From Acidobacteriota bacterium (lineage in GTDB: Bacteria; Acidobacteriota; CAIWXX01): DNA of 64,000 nucleotides. The stretch's first letter is position 1. Each line of letters opens with the position of its first letter. The DNA lies in contig JBFMAF010000010.1 of NCBI GenBank assembly GCA_040755995.1, positions 353,837-417,836 of the forward strand, written 5' to 3'. Both the position numbers and the translations under genes were made by a program. Shown piece by piece: positions 1 to 9,864 of the stretch. The notes under the pieces were generated by a model. It was not told the origin of the DNA, made no database searches, and was given only the letters and a program-made list of their open reading frames with translations.

Positions 1-1
1 C

Positions 2-1027
2 TTCGAGAAGGTCTACGCGAAAATTCGCACCCAAGTGGACAGTGGACCGCGCCTGAAGCGAGTGATTTTCGAGTGGGCCCGGAAGGTGGGGACGAGGCGC
101 AGCGAGAGCCTGGAAGCGGGAAGGCCGGTGCCCGCCGCAGTCGCGCTGCGGTTCTGGCTGGCGGACCGTCTCGTCTTCCGCAAGATCCGCCGTCGCCTCG
201 GCGGGCGCCTCCGATACTTCGGCTCCGGCGGGGCGCCGCTCGCGGCCGAGCTCGCCAGGTTCTTCCACGCCGCGGGCATACTGGTCCTCGAAGGTTGGGG
301 TGCAACCGAAACCTCGGCACCCGCCACCTGGAACTCGCCGCAGGCGTTTCGATTCGGCTCGGTCGGCAAGCCGCTCCCGCACACCGACGTCAGGATCGCG
401 CCGGACGGAGAGCTGCTCGTGCGCGGGCCCGGCGTATTCGCAGGCTACTTCAAGGATCCGCAGACAACCGCCGAGGCATTCGACGCCGACGGTTACTACC
501 GCACAGGCGACATCGGCAGCGTGGACTCGGACGGCTACTTCTACATCACGGATCGCAAGAAGGAGCTTATAATCAACGCGACGGGCAAGAACATCCCCCC
601 GCAGAAGATCGAGAACATGCTGCGCGGATGCGCCTTCGTCTCGAACGCGATCGTGCATTGCGACAGGCGCCCGTACCTGGTCGCCCTCGTCACGCTCGAC
701 CGGATCGCGCTCGCCGCATCGCATCCCGAACTTGCCGAGGCGCCGATCGAGAGCCCCGCGCTGCGGGAGCTCGTCGAGCGGCAGGTGAACTCCGTGAACG
801 AACGGCTCGCGCGGTTCGAACAGATCAAGAAGTTCCGCATTCTGCCGAAGGATTTCTCGCCGGAAACTGGCGAGCTCACGTTGACGATGAAGCTCAAACG
901 CAGAGTGATCGAGGCCAGGTACAAAGACATCCTGGACTCCATGTACGCTACGGACGCGCACGATGCGCCCACGTGGCCGGTCGCGCCGCGAGCGACGGGG
1001 AGACGCGGGGACGCGGAGGCCCGGTGA
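2..1027 (+). CDS. Long-chain fatty acid--CoA ligase (AMP-dependent synthetase), 5' truncated by window edge
   Basis: Motifs SGGAPL, EGWGATET, YRTGDIG, TDRKKELI; frame open from base 2 (FEKVYAK). Confidence 0.92.
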   Translation, partial: FEKVYAKIRTQVDSGPRLKRVIFEWARKVGTRRSESLEAGRPVPAAVALRFWLADRLVFRKIRRRLGGRLRYFGSGGAPLAAELARFFHAAGILVLEGWGATETSAPATWNSPQAFRFGSVGKPLPHTDVRIAPDGELLVRGPGVFAGYFKDPQTTAEAFDADGYYRTGDIGSVDSDGYFYITDRKKELIINATGKNIPPQKIENMLRGCAFVSNAIVHCDRRPYLVALVTLDRIALAASHPELAEAPIESPALRELVERQVNSVNERLARFEQIKKFRILPKDFSPETGELTLTMKLKRRVIEARYKDILDSMYATDAHDAPTWPVAPRATGRRGDAEAR

Positions 1028-1101
1028 GAGGTTCGGACGACGACAGGTGGCACATGGTCGCGCGTGATGGGTTTCACGCTGCATAGACAGGGGGAACCGG
1101 C

Positions 1102-2685
1102 ATGAGATCGATCTATTTCACCGGGGAGCACGACGCATTCCGGCGGGCAGTGCGAAAGTTCGTCACGGAGGAGGTGGCGCCGCACGCTGAGGAGTGGGAG
1201 CGGAACCGCCGGATACCTCGGGGCATCTTCCCACGCCTCGGCGAGCTCGGGTTTCTGGGTATTCTGTTCCCCGAGGAGTATGGCGGGGCGGGCGCGGACG
1301 TATTCTATGCGATCGCGTTCCTGGAGGAGCTGCCTCGGTCGCTCACGGGCGGCTTCTGCGCCTCTGTCTCGGTCCAGCAGTTCATGGCGACACAGCACAT
1401 CTACCGGTCGGGCAGCGAGGAGCTGAAACGGCGATACCTCGTCCCCTCAATCGCCGGCAGGTTCGTGGGCGCGTTGGCGATCACGGAGCCCGATACGGGC
1501 TCGGACGTGGCCGCAATACGCACGACGGCCCTGCTCCGAGACGGCGAGTATGTCGTCAACGGTTCGAAGACGTTCATCACGAACGGTGCCGAGGGCGATT
1601 TCTACACGACCGCCGTCCGCACGGGACGGGCGGAGGACGGAGCCGCCGGCATCAGCCTTCTCGTGATCGACGTCGGCGCCCCGGGCGTCAAGGTCGCGCG
1701 GCGGCTCGACAAGATCGGATGGCACTCGTCCGATACCGCCGAGCTGGTGTTCGAGGACGCGCGGGTTCCCGCGGGGAACCTCGTCGGCGCCGAGAACACC
1801 GGCTTCTACCAGATCATGGAAAGCTTCCCGCTCGAACGGCTCTCCAGCGCTGCAATCGCCGTGGGCAGCGGCCTGGTCTGTATCGAAAAGACACTCGAAT
1901 ACATGGCCGCGCGCCACGCCTTCGGGAAGCCGCTGAATCGCTTCCAGGCGCTGCGGCATCGATTGGCCGATCTCGCGGCCGAGCTCGAAGCCGCCCGCCA
2001 GCTCACCTACCACGCGGCGTGGCTGTACGAGCACGGCCAGCCCGCCGTCATGGAGTCCTCGATGGCGAAGCTCCTGGCCACGGAGTTGGGCAAGAAGATC
2101 GCCGACGAATGCCTTCAGCTCCACGGCGGGTACGGGTACATGGAGGAGTACATGGTGGCGAGGTTCTATCGGGATGCGCGAGCGGCGACGATCGCCGCCG
2201 GCACATCCGAGATCATGCGAGAGATCATCTCGCGGTTGATGATCGAAGGTGGTTCTCCGCTGGCCGAGACGGCGCGACAGGCGCCGCGGGCGGTGACGGA
2301 GCCGCCTAGACGCGCTGAGCCCGATATCGCACGCTCCGAGTGTACAGCCGAGTCCCCGCGCACGGTCGCCGACTTCATACGCGCCATGCCTCAGAGATTT
2401 CGTCCTGAGAAGGCCGAGGGATGGCGGACACTGTTCCACTACAAGATCTCTGGCAGTGCCAGTCCTGAGTGGACAGTGCAGATCGATGGATCGAGCTGCC
2501 ATGTGACTGAGGGGCTGGCGGGCCAGCCCAACTGTGTCGTCGAGATGAGCGAATCCACCTACCTCGGCGTCGAGACCGGCGCCGTCAACGCTCAGGCCGC
2601 GTTCATGATGGGGGAGGTAAAGGTGAGCGATCTCGGCGAGATGATGCGGTTCATGAAGGTGTTCAGGCCGGTGGCTGCCAAGTGA
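1102..2685 (+). CDS. Acyl-CoA dehydrogenase with C-terminal SCP2 sterol-carrier domain
   Basis: AITEPDTGSDV, NGSKTFIT, QLHGGYGYMEEY, GTSEIMR; C-terminal ~110 aa with SCP2-like 'VNAQAAFMMGEVKV'. Confidence 0.92.
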   Translation: MRSIYFTGEHDAFRRAVRKFVTEEVAPHAEEWERNRRIPRGIFPRLGELGFLGILFPEEYGGAGADVFYAIAFLEELPRSLTGGFCASVSVQQFMATQHIYRSGSEELKRRYLVPSIAGRFVGALAITEPDTGSDVAAIRTTALLRDGEYVVNGSKTFITNGAEGDFYTTAVRTGRAEDGAAGISLLVIDVGAPGVKVARRLDKIGWHSSDTAELVFEDARVPAGNLVGAENTGFYQIMESFPLERLSSAAIAVGSGLVCIEKTLEYMAARHAFGKPLNRFQALRHRLADLAAELEAARQLTYHAAWLYEHGQPAVMESSMAKLLATELGKKIADECLQLHGGYGYMEEYMVARFYRDARAATIAAGTSEIMREIISRLMIEGGSPLAETARQAPRAVTEPPRRAEPDIARSECTAESPRTVADFIRAMPQRFRPEKAEGWRTLFHYKISGSASPEWTVQIDGSSCHVTEGLAGQPNCVVEMSESTYLGVETGAVNAQAAFMMGEVKVSDLGEMMRFMKVFRPVAAK

Positions 2686-2875
2686 AGTGGCGATTCGAAC
2701 AGGGGGAGAGCGGGCCGGTATGAGCGGACGCGGAGACGGGGACACGCGGAGAACCGGGGGATTAGCGGGACGGTGTAAGGGCGACGCATGCGTCACCCGC
2801 CTGCCCACCCCCGAATGTCCTCTCCGAGCACAAACCCCCAAGTACCATCGTGATCTCGGATAGCAGAGGAGCCAC

Positions 2876-3994
2876 ATGACATCTGTACTGCCATTGGATG
2901 GAACAACAGTGGTCGATAGCACGCGGATGCTGCCCGGCGCGATTGCGGCGCGAATGCTGATCGACCTTGGTGCGCGGCTGATCAAGATCGAAGATCCGGG
3001 CGTCGGCGATCCGTTCCGGCACGCCCCGCCGATGCTCGAAGGCGTCGGCGCGGCATTCGCCGTGCTCTACCGCGGCGCCGAGTCAGTGTGCCTGGACCTT
3101 AGGCAGGAGCCGGGCGCTGCCAGCCTGCTGAGACTCGCCCGGCATGCAGACGTCTTCTTGGAGAACTTCCGCCCCGGCACTCTCGCCGCGTGGGGAGTCG
3201 AGACGAAGCGCCTGATGGATGCGAACCCGACGCTCGTCATCTGCTCGCTCTCCGGCTTCGGGCAGAGCGGCGATCACGCGTCCCGCGCGGGCCACGATCT
3301 GAACTTCACGGCCGAGTCCGGCCTGTTCTCGATGTTTCCGGGGGACGCGATGCCCCGGGTTCCGTTCTCGGATGTCTCAGGCGGTCTGCTGGGGTGCGGA
3401 TCCATCCTGGCGGCGTTGCTCGTGCGGGCCAGAACCGGCAAGGGGTGCTACATCGACCAGCCTCTTATCGCTGCCCCGCTGCCGTTCCTCTCCTGGGCGA
3501 TCGCCGACCAGGCCGCAGGCGGCGGCGGGCTCGCGAGCTCGCTCCTCTCGGGCGCCTTGCCGGCCTACCGCGTCTATTCGTGCGCCGACGGCAGGCGTGT
3601 TGCGCTGGGCGCGCTCGAACCCAAGTTCTGGACGGCATTCACCGAGATGATCGGCATGGACGGCGCCGCCGGCCTGGGGCTAGATGCCGGGCCCGCGGGC
3701 GCCGAGTGCGCGAGGAAGGTGGCGGAGATCATGTCGACGCTGCCGCGCGACCACTGGATCGGTGTGGCATCCAGGGCCAATGTCCCGCTCTCACCGGTTG
3801 CCGATCTTGACGAGGCCGTGTATGAGCAACGCGGCCCGATCGCCCCGTATCTGCAGAGAACCGCCGCCGGCGGCCGCACCTTCGTGGTCCCCGGGCCTTT
3901 CGTCCCCTCGATTGGGCGACGCGACGATCGTCCGGCTCCGCGTCTGGGCGAGCACACGCGTCGAGTGCTCGACGAGTTCTGCGCAGCTCCATGA
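2876..3994 (+). CDS. Family III CoA-transferase (CaiB/BaiF, alpha-methylacyl-CoA racemase-like)
   Basis: LIDLGARLIKIE, ENFRPG, SGFGQSG, AGHDLNF, LEPKFW, APRLGEHT. Confidence 0.88.
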   Translation: MTSVLPLDGTTVVDSTRMLPGAIAARMLIDLGARLIKIEDPGVGDPFRHAPPMLEGVGAAFAVLYRGAESVCLDLRQEPGAASLLRLARHADVFLENFRPGTLAAWGVETKRLMDANPTLVICSLSGFGQSGDHASRAGHDLNFTAESGLFSMFPGDAMPRVPFSDVSGGLLGCGSILAALLVRARTGKGCYIDQPLIAAPLPFLSWAIADQAAGGGGLASSLLSGALPAYRVYSCADGRRVALGALEPKFWTAFTEMIGMDGAAGLGLDAGPAGAECARKVAEIMSTLPRDHWIGVASRANVPLSPVADLDEAVYEQRGPIAPYLQRTAAGGRTFVVPGPFVPSIGRRDDRPAPRLGEHTRRVLDEFCAAP

Positions 3995-4033
3995 TGTGGT
4001 AGTCTGCGAGATGAGCGAAAGAGAGGACATCTC

Positions 4034-6346
4034 ATGGTAGCAACAGTCGATCCAGGCGATCTCTATCAGATCATATACACGGATCACCCGGATCCGTTCA
4101 GAGTACTCGGCGCGCATCCGGCCGAGATCGCGGGGCAGCAAGGTATATCGGTGCGGGCGTTCCTGCCGGACGCGAGCGGAGCGCACGTCGTTGAGCGCAC
4201 CGCTTCGGGTGAGTCGCGCCACTCGATGACCATGTTGCACCCATACGGCTTCTTCGAGCACTTCTTGCCGGGGCGCGACTTCCCGTTCAGCTACGAGCTC
4301 GAGCGCGAGGACGAGTACGGCCACAGCGAGCGTTTCCTCGACTCGTACGCGTTCATGCCGACCCTCAGCGACTTCGACCTGCATCTCTTTGGCGAAGGGA
4401 AGAACTATCGCATCTTCCAGAAACTGGGCGCGCATCCGCTCCGTGTCGACGGCGTAGATGGTATTCAGTTCGCCGTGTGGGCGCCCGCGGCCAAGAGCGT
4501 TAGCGTGATTGGTACGTTCAACAACTGGGACCGCCGCCGTCACGCCATGCGCCGGCTCGATTCCGGCGTGTGGGAAATCTTCATTCCGGGTCTACCGGAA
4601 GGAGAGCTATACAAGTTCCAGATAAAGACCGTGCAGGGACATATCCTTGACAAGACCGATCCCTTCGCCTTCAGGACGCAGGTAGCGCCTCGCACCGCCT
4701 CGATCGTACACCGCCTGGGGCGCTACAGCTGGGGCGACGAGGCTTGGATGGCAGAACGGCGGAAACGCGACCCACGTTCCTCGCCGATGTCCATCTACGA
4801 AGTGCACCTCGGCTCCTGGCAGCGGACGAAGGTCAGCGAGATCCTGACCGAGGACCGGCCGCTCAATTACCGAGAGCTGGCCGAGACGCTGGTGCCGTAC
4901 GTGAAGGAGATGGGCTATACGCACGTCGAAATGATGCCGGTGATGGAGCATCCGTTCGGCGGGTCGTGGGGCTACGAGGTCACCGGGTACTATGCGCCTT
5001 CCAGCCGCTGGGGCATGCCCGAGGATCTCATGGCGCTCATCGATGCGTTTCACCAGGTCGGGATCGGCGTGATCCTCGACTGGGTACCCGCACACTTCCC
5101 AAAAGACGCGCACGGACTGGGGCGCTTCGACGGCACGGGCACCTACGAGCACATCGATCCGCGACAGGGCGAGCACCGCGACTGGGACACCTTCATCTTC
5201 AACTACGGCCGCAACGAGGTGCGCAACTTCCTCATCGGCAGCGCCCTGTTCTGGTTCGAGTACTACCACGCAGACGGCATCCGTGTAGACGCAGTCGCCT
5301 CGATGCTCTACTTGGACTATTCCCGAAAACAGGGCGAATGGATTCCAAATCGCTACGGCGGAAGGGAGAACCTGGAGGCCATCGAGTTTCTGAAGGAGCT
5401 CAACCATATGGTGCGGGAGCTCCATCCAGGCGCCTGCGTCATCGCCGAGGAATCGACGGCGTGGCCCAGCGTGACGCGTCCCGATCACCTCGGCGGCCTC
5501 GGCTTCGACTTCAAGTGGAACATGGGTTGGATGCACGACACGCTCGCCTACATGGCCCAAGACCCGGTCTTCCGCAAGTACCACCACGGCAAGCTCACGT
5601 TCTCGATCTGGTACGCCTTCAGCGAAGCCTTCGTCCTCCCGCTGTCGCACGACGAAGTCGTGCACATGAAGAAGGCACTGATCTCGAAGATGCCGGGAGA
5701 CTACTGGCAGCAGTTCGCCAACACGCGATTGCTCTTCGCATACCAGTATGGGCACCCGGGCAAGAAGCTGCTGTTCATGGGGAGCGAGTTCGGGCAGTGG
5801 CGCGAGTGGAGCGACGATAGGAGCCTCGACTGGAACCTGGTCGAATACCCGAGCCACCGGGGCCTACGGCAGCTCGTAATGGACCTCAACCGGCTCTATC
5901 GCGCCGAACCTGCACTCTGGCAGGTCGACCACGACAACAGCGGCTTCGAGTGGGTGGATCTGACGGACGCCGAGGCGAGCGTGATCGCATTCCTTCGCAA
6001 AGGGCTCCGGCCCGATGACACTCTGCTCTTCGTCTGCAACTTCACGCCTGTCGCTCGGTACGACTATCGGGTGGGAGTCGGCCAGGAAGGCTCGTACCTG
6101 GAGCTGCTCAACAGCGACGCGGAGGTCTATGGAGGGAGCAATCTCGGGAATGCAGGCCGTGTGGATTCAGTGCCGGTGCCGTCGCAGGGCCGCCCATACT
6201 CGATCAGCCTCGTTCTGCCGCCGCTTGCGGCCGTCGTGCTGAAGCGCGAGAAGCGCGAAGTTGAGTTGAGACTTGAGGAGGAGGAGACAGAGGAAGCCCC
6301 AGAGGCCCCCGATGAGGCAGGGACCTCGGAAGAGGAGCAGCGCTAG
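4034..6346 (+). CDS. glgB: 1,4-alpha-glucan branching enzyme
   Basis: FAVWAP, IYEVHLGSW, DWVPAHFP, RVDAVASMLYLDYSR, AEESTAWP, LSHDEVVH. Confidence 0.97.
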   Translation: MVATVDPGDLYQIIYTDHPDPFRVLGAHPAEIAGQQGISVRAFLPDASGAHVVERTASGESRHSMTMLHPYGFFEHFLPGRDFPFSYELEREDEYGHSERFLDSYAFMPTLSDFDLHLFGEGKNYRIFQKLGAHPLRVDGVDGIQFAVWAPAAKSVSVIGTFNNWDRRRHAMRRLDSGVWEIFIPGLPEGELYKFQIKTVQGHILDKTDPFAFRTQVAPRTASIVHRLGRYSWGDEAWMAERRKRDPRSSPMSIYEVHLGSWQRTKVSEILTEDRPLNYRELAETLVPYVKEMGYTHVEMMPVMEHPFGGSWGYEVTGYYAPSSRWGMPEDLMALIDAFHQVGIGVILDWVPAHFPKDAHGLGRFDGTGTYEHIDPRQGEHRDWDTFIFNYGRNEVRNFLIGSALFWFEYYHADGIRVDAVASMLYLDYSRKQGEWIPNRYGGRENLEAIEFLKELNHMVRELHPGACVIAEESTAWPSVTRPDHLGGLGFDFKWNMGWMHDTLAYMAQDPVFRKYHHGKLTFSIWYAFSEAFVLPLSHDEVVHMKKALISKMPGDYWQQFANTRLLFAYQYGHPGKKLLFMGSEFGQWREWSDDRSLDWNLVEYPSHRGLRQLVMDLNRLYRAEPALWQVDHDNSGFEWVDLTDAEASVIAFLRKGLRPDDTLLFVCNFTPVARYDYRVGVGQEGSYLELLNSDAEVYGGSNLGNAGRVDSVPVPSQGRPYSISLVLPPLAAVVLKREKREVELRLEEEETEEAPEAPDEAGTSEEEQR

Positions 6347-6978
6347 CGAGGATCCGCCTCTGGTCGACCAGGTACAGCAGGATTGTCGCGGTCGAATGCC
6401 CAGCGTGCCGGATTATCGGCGATGTAATGCCGAATGCGATCCAACGATTCACCGTCGCGGATGATGTGTTCGTAGTAGTTGCGTTGCCAGACGGGGCCGG
6501 CAGGTGTGTGCCGCCACACATTTATCTGTTTTGCCGATTGATATTTGAAAAGGGCGATGACGTTCCCCAACGATGGCCGCCGCGGTGGTAGGGGCGCGGT
6601 CTCCGCGCCCCGCTTGCCTGCGCCTTGGGTCAGGCCCAATACCGTACCGGTTGCATTGCCGATGGTGCCGTGACCGGGGCGGGGAAACCCCGCCCCTACC
6701 ACGGGCGTTTCGGTGATGACGACGATGCCGTGAATGTGATTTGGCATGGCGACGAATGCGTCGGTCTTCACCGCCGCGAAATGGTTCGGGATGCATTGCC
6801 AACATCGAACGACGCATTGGCCGTAGGCGTTCAACCGCATCACACCATTTACGATTTCCCCGGACAGGCACGCCCGATCCTTGGTGCAAACTGTGACGCA
6901 ATATGCCCCAGCGCGCGAATAGTCCCGGTCTTTGAGGCGGACGGACCGGCGATGATGTCTGACCGGGTCGTACGTCAA
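6343..6978 (-). mobile_element. REP-associated tyrosine transposase (RAYT, IS200/IS605-superfamily Y1 HUH)
   Basis: HHRRSVRLKDRDYS N-terminus, HUH motif MPNHIHGI, WQRNYYEHIIRD; TTG start after AGGAGG; stop overlaps glgB stop. Confidence 0.9.
6588..6699. repeat. Inverted pair of GTAG-type REP palindromes (REPIN-like) inside the RAYT ORF
   Basis: GTAG-GGGCGCGG-TCT-CCGCGCCC at 6588-6610; inverted copy GGGGCGGGG-AAA-CCCCGCCCCTAC at 6676-6699. Confidence 0.85.
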
Positions 6979-7034
6979 CACGCCTCCTTCATCGGAAACA
7001 GGCCCATGTGGTTGACCCGATCTCGCGGACGAGC

Positions 7035-7433
7035 TCACACGCGCACGAATCGCGCCTTGCCCTCGGCGATGGTGACTCCAGCAGGGTCATAGATCCAGCC
7101 CTGAGTATTCAGCAGCCTGCTGCGCTCCTCGACCACCTTCCCGACGATTCGCACAGCCGTACCGGTCGCCACCGGCTTCAAGAAGCGCACGGTCATCTCG
7201 GCGGTCACGGCCTGGACGTCGGCCGAGATGCAGGCGTGCGCCATGAGCTCGTCGAGCAGCATCGAGAGCAGGCCGCCGTGCGTCACCTCGCGCCAACCCG
7301 AGAACCGCTCGGGGATAACAAACGACGTCTCGGCCACACCGCGCTCCGGATACTCCACGCGCAGCCGCAGGCCATGTTGGTTGTCCTTGCCGCAACAGAA
7401 GCAGTGGTCGTCAAGCTCGACAAACGTGCCCAC
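7035..7433 (-). CDS. PaaI-family hotdog thioesterase
   Basis: CFCCGKDN, HGGLLSMLLDELM, VTAEMTVRFLKPV. Confidence 0.9.
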   Translation of the reverse strand: MGTFVELDDHCFCCGKDNQHGLRLRVEYPERGVAETSFVIPERFSGWREVTHGGLLSMLLDELMAHACISADVQAVTAEMTVRFLKPVATGTAVRIVGKVVEERSRLLNTQGWIYDPAGVTIAEGKARFVRV

Positions 7434-7502
7434 GATTCAGAGCATATCGGAACAGCGTCGATCCGAGAAGGGCCAAGACGCCAAGAGAGAACGAGTGTCC
7501 GC

Positions 7503-8249
7503 TCAAGCCCTGGTGGCGGCGAGCAGATGACGCCGCTTCGCGTCCGGGAAGCGCTCGATCGCGTAGCGCAGCGTGGTTCGGGGGAGACGCGGGCCCTCGG
7601 TCAGCAGGAACCGTTCCAGGCGTTCCATGTCCGTCTTCCCGGCCTCACGCAGGAGCCATCCCATGGCCTTTTGGATCAGGTCATCGTCCGTGGCAAAGAG
7701 TCGTTCGGCGACGTCATAAGCGGCGTCCAAGAATCGGCCATGCCGGGCCAGGTTGATGAACGCCACGATGGAGGCGCGTTTCACCCACCGGTTCGGATGC
7801 GCCGTCCACGTTTTGATCTTGCCCGCCAATTTCGGATAGCGTCCGAGCAGCTCCTCGAACGCCGCAGGACAAAGAGCATCGACCGATGCCCAGTTGTTGA
7901 GGTAGTCCTTCGAGAGCCATTCTCTTATTGTCTCCATCGATCCAGGGGAGAAGTCCTTCTTGAATCGGAGAAACAGCGATGTGGCGAAGCCTTTCTCCTC
8001 CAAGTACTTGGTCGGAAGCATGATCTCGCAGAGCTCGATTGCGTCGGCGAGCGTCCACTGTCCCTTGACCTCCTCCCAGAACGATCGCTCGATTTCACGG
8101 AGCTGGGCGGTCTTGAGTCCGTGGAATGAGACCACGTCCTCTTCTTTGAAGAACTTCCTCGACTGTGCCGCAGTCTCGGGACTCCCCCTCGCGCGCAACA
8201 GGACGGTGACCCGTCGCGCCAGCTCACGCGGTTGTGTTGTCGTCGTCAC
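7503..8249 (-). CDS. DNA alkylation repair protein (AlkD-like HEAT-repeat glycosylase)
   Basis: NNWASVD, NRWVKRASIV, DLIQKAMGWLLRE, RTTLRYAIERF. Confidence 0.88.
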   Translation of the reverse strand: MTTTTQPRELARRVTVLLRARGSPETAAQSRKFFKEEDVVSFHGLKTAQLREIERSFWEEVKGQWTLADAIELCEIMLPTKYLEEKGFATSLFLRFKKDFSPGSMETIREWLSKDYLNNWASVDALCPAAFEELLGRYPKLAGKIKTWTAHPNRWVKRASIVAFINLARHGRFLDAAYDVAERLFATDDDLIQKAMGWLLREAGKTDMERLERFLLTEGPRLPRTTLRYAIERFPDAKRRHLLAATRA

Positions 8250-8322
8250 GCGCGTACCCTCCTGAACGGCATCCGAATCCCTGCTCCACGAATGCCAAGA
8301 CCATGCCGCCGGAGCCCGGTTC

Positions 8323-9864
8323 CTACAGCGGGATGTTGCCGTGCTTTTTCGGCGGATTGGTGTCGCGCTTGTTCTGGAGCATCTTGAGCGACGTTATGAG
8401 CTTCGAGCGGGTCATGCGCGGCTCGATGACCTCGTCGATGAACCCGCGTGCGGCGGCGATGTATGGGTTGGCGAATTTTTCCCGAAACTCGGCGATCTTC
8501 TCCGCGCGCGCCGTCACCGGATCTTCTGCCGACGAGAGTTCGCGCTTGTATATGATGTTGACGGCGCCTTCGGAGCCCATCACGGCGATCTCGGCAGTAG
8601 GAAACGCGTAGTTGATATCGGTACGGATGTGCTTGCTCGACATGACGCAGTAGGCGCCCCCGTAGGCCTTCCGAGTGATAACCGTGATTTTCGGTACGGT
8701 GGCCTCGGCGAACGCGTAGAGCAGCTTGGCGCCGTGTTTGATAATTCCGCCATACTCCTGTTGCGTGCCCGGCAGGAAGCCCGGCACATCTTCGAACGTG
8801 ACCAGTGGGATGTTGAAGGCGTCGCAAAAGCGCACGAAGCGTGCGCCCTTCACGGAGGCATTGATGTCGAGGCAGCCGGCGAGGTGGTCCGGCTGGTTCG
8901 CCACGATCCCGACCGAGAACCCGCCGAGACGCGCGAAGCCGACGACGATGTTCATCGCGAATTCGCGATGCACCTCTAGAAATGTGCCACGGTCCACCAC
9001 CAGCTTGATGATGCGCTTCATGTCATAAGGCTGGTTCGGGTTCTCGGGCACCACGTCGTCGATCTCCGGCTCGACTCGGTTCTCTGGGTCCTTCGTATCG
9101 ACGAACGGCGGATCCTCCTGATTGTTTCCGGGCAGGTATGAGAGGAGGTGCCGTATCTGCTGCAGGCATTCGCGGTCGTCCTCCGCTGCGAAATGCGCCA
9201 CACCGCTGAGCGTGTTGTGCGTGTGTGCGCCGCCCAGGTCCTCCTTGGTCACGCTCTCATGCGTCACCGCCTTGATGACGTCGGGACCGGTGACGAACAT
9301 GTAGCTCTTGTCGTTCACCATGAGCGTGAAATCAGTGATGGCCGGCGAGTAGACAGCGCCGCCCGCGCAGGGTCCCATGATGGCTGAGATTTGAGGTATC
9401 ACGCCTGAGGACAGCGTGTTGCGCAGGAAGATGTCGGCATAGCCTCCCAGACTCTCGACCCCCTCCTGGATCCGCGCGCCTCCCGAGTCGTTCAACCCTA
9501 CAACCGGCGCGCCGTTTCTCATCGCCAGGTCCATGATCTTGCAGATCTTCGCCGCGTTCGTGGCGCTCAGCGACCCGCCGAACACCGTGAAATCCTGCGC
9601 GAAGACGTACACAAGCCGGCCGTCGATCTGCCCATAGCCGGTCACGAAACCGTCGCCGGGTATGACTTGCTTCTCCATGCCGAAGTCCCGGCAGCGGTGC
9701 ATCACGAACTTGTCGATCTCTTGAAAGGTGCCGGCATCCAGCAAGAAATCGATCCTCTCTCGCGCAGTCATCTTCCCCTCGGCCCGCTGGCGCCGGAGGC
9801 GATCTTGACCGCCCCCCTCTTCGGCCATCCTGTTGAGCTCATCGAGGTGTGCGAATTTCGACAT
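8323..9864 (-). CDS. pccB: Acyl-CoA carboxylase carboxyltransferase subunit (propionyl-CoA carboxylase beta / methylmalonyl-CoA decarboxylase alpha)
   Basis: [48 protein letters not shown]. Confidence 0.9.
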   Translation of the reverse strand: MSKFAHLDELNRMAEEGGGQDRLRRQRAEGKMTARERIDFLLDAGTFQEIDKFVMHRCRDFGMEKQVIPGDGFVTGYGQIDGRLVYVFAQDFTVFGGSLSATNAAKICKIMDLAMRNGAPVVGLNDSGGARIQEGVESLGGYADIFLRNTLSSGVIPQISAIMGPCAGGAVYSPAITDFTLMVNDKSYMFVTGPDVIKAVTHESVTKEDLGGAHTHNTLSGVAHFAAEDDRECLQQIRHLLSYLPGNNQEDPPFVDTKDPENRVEPEIDDVVPENPNQPYDMKRIIKLVVDRGTFLEVHREFAMNIVVGFARLGGFSVGIVANQPDHLAGCLDINASVKGARFVRFCDAFNIPLVTFEDVPGFLPGTQQEYGGIIKHGAKLLYAFAEATVPKITVITRKAYGGAYCVMSSKHIRTDINYAFPTAEIAVMGSEGAVNIIYKRELSSAEDPVTARAEKIAEFREKFANPYIAAARGFIDEVIEPRMTRSKLITSLKMLQNKRDTNPPKKHGNIPL

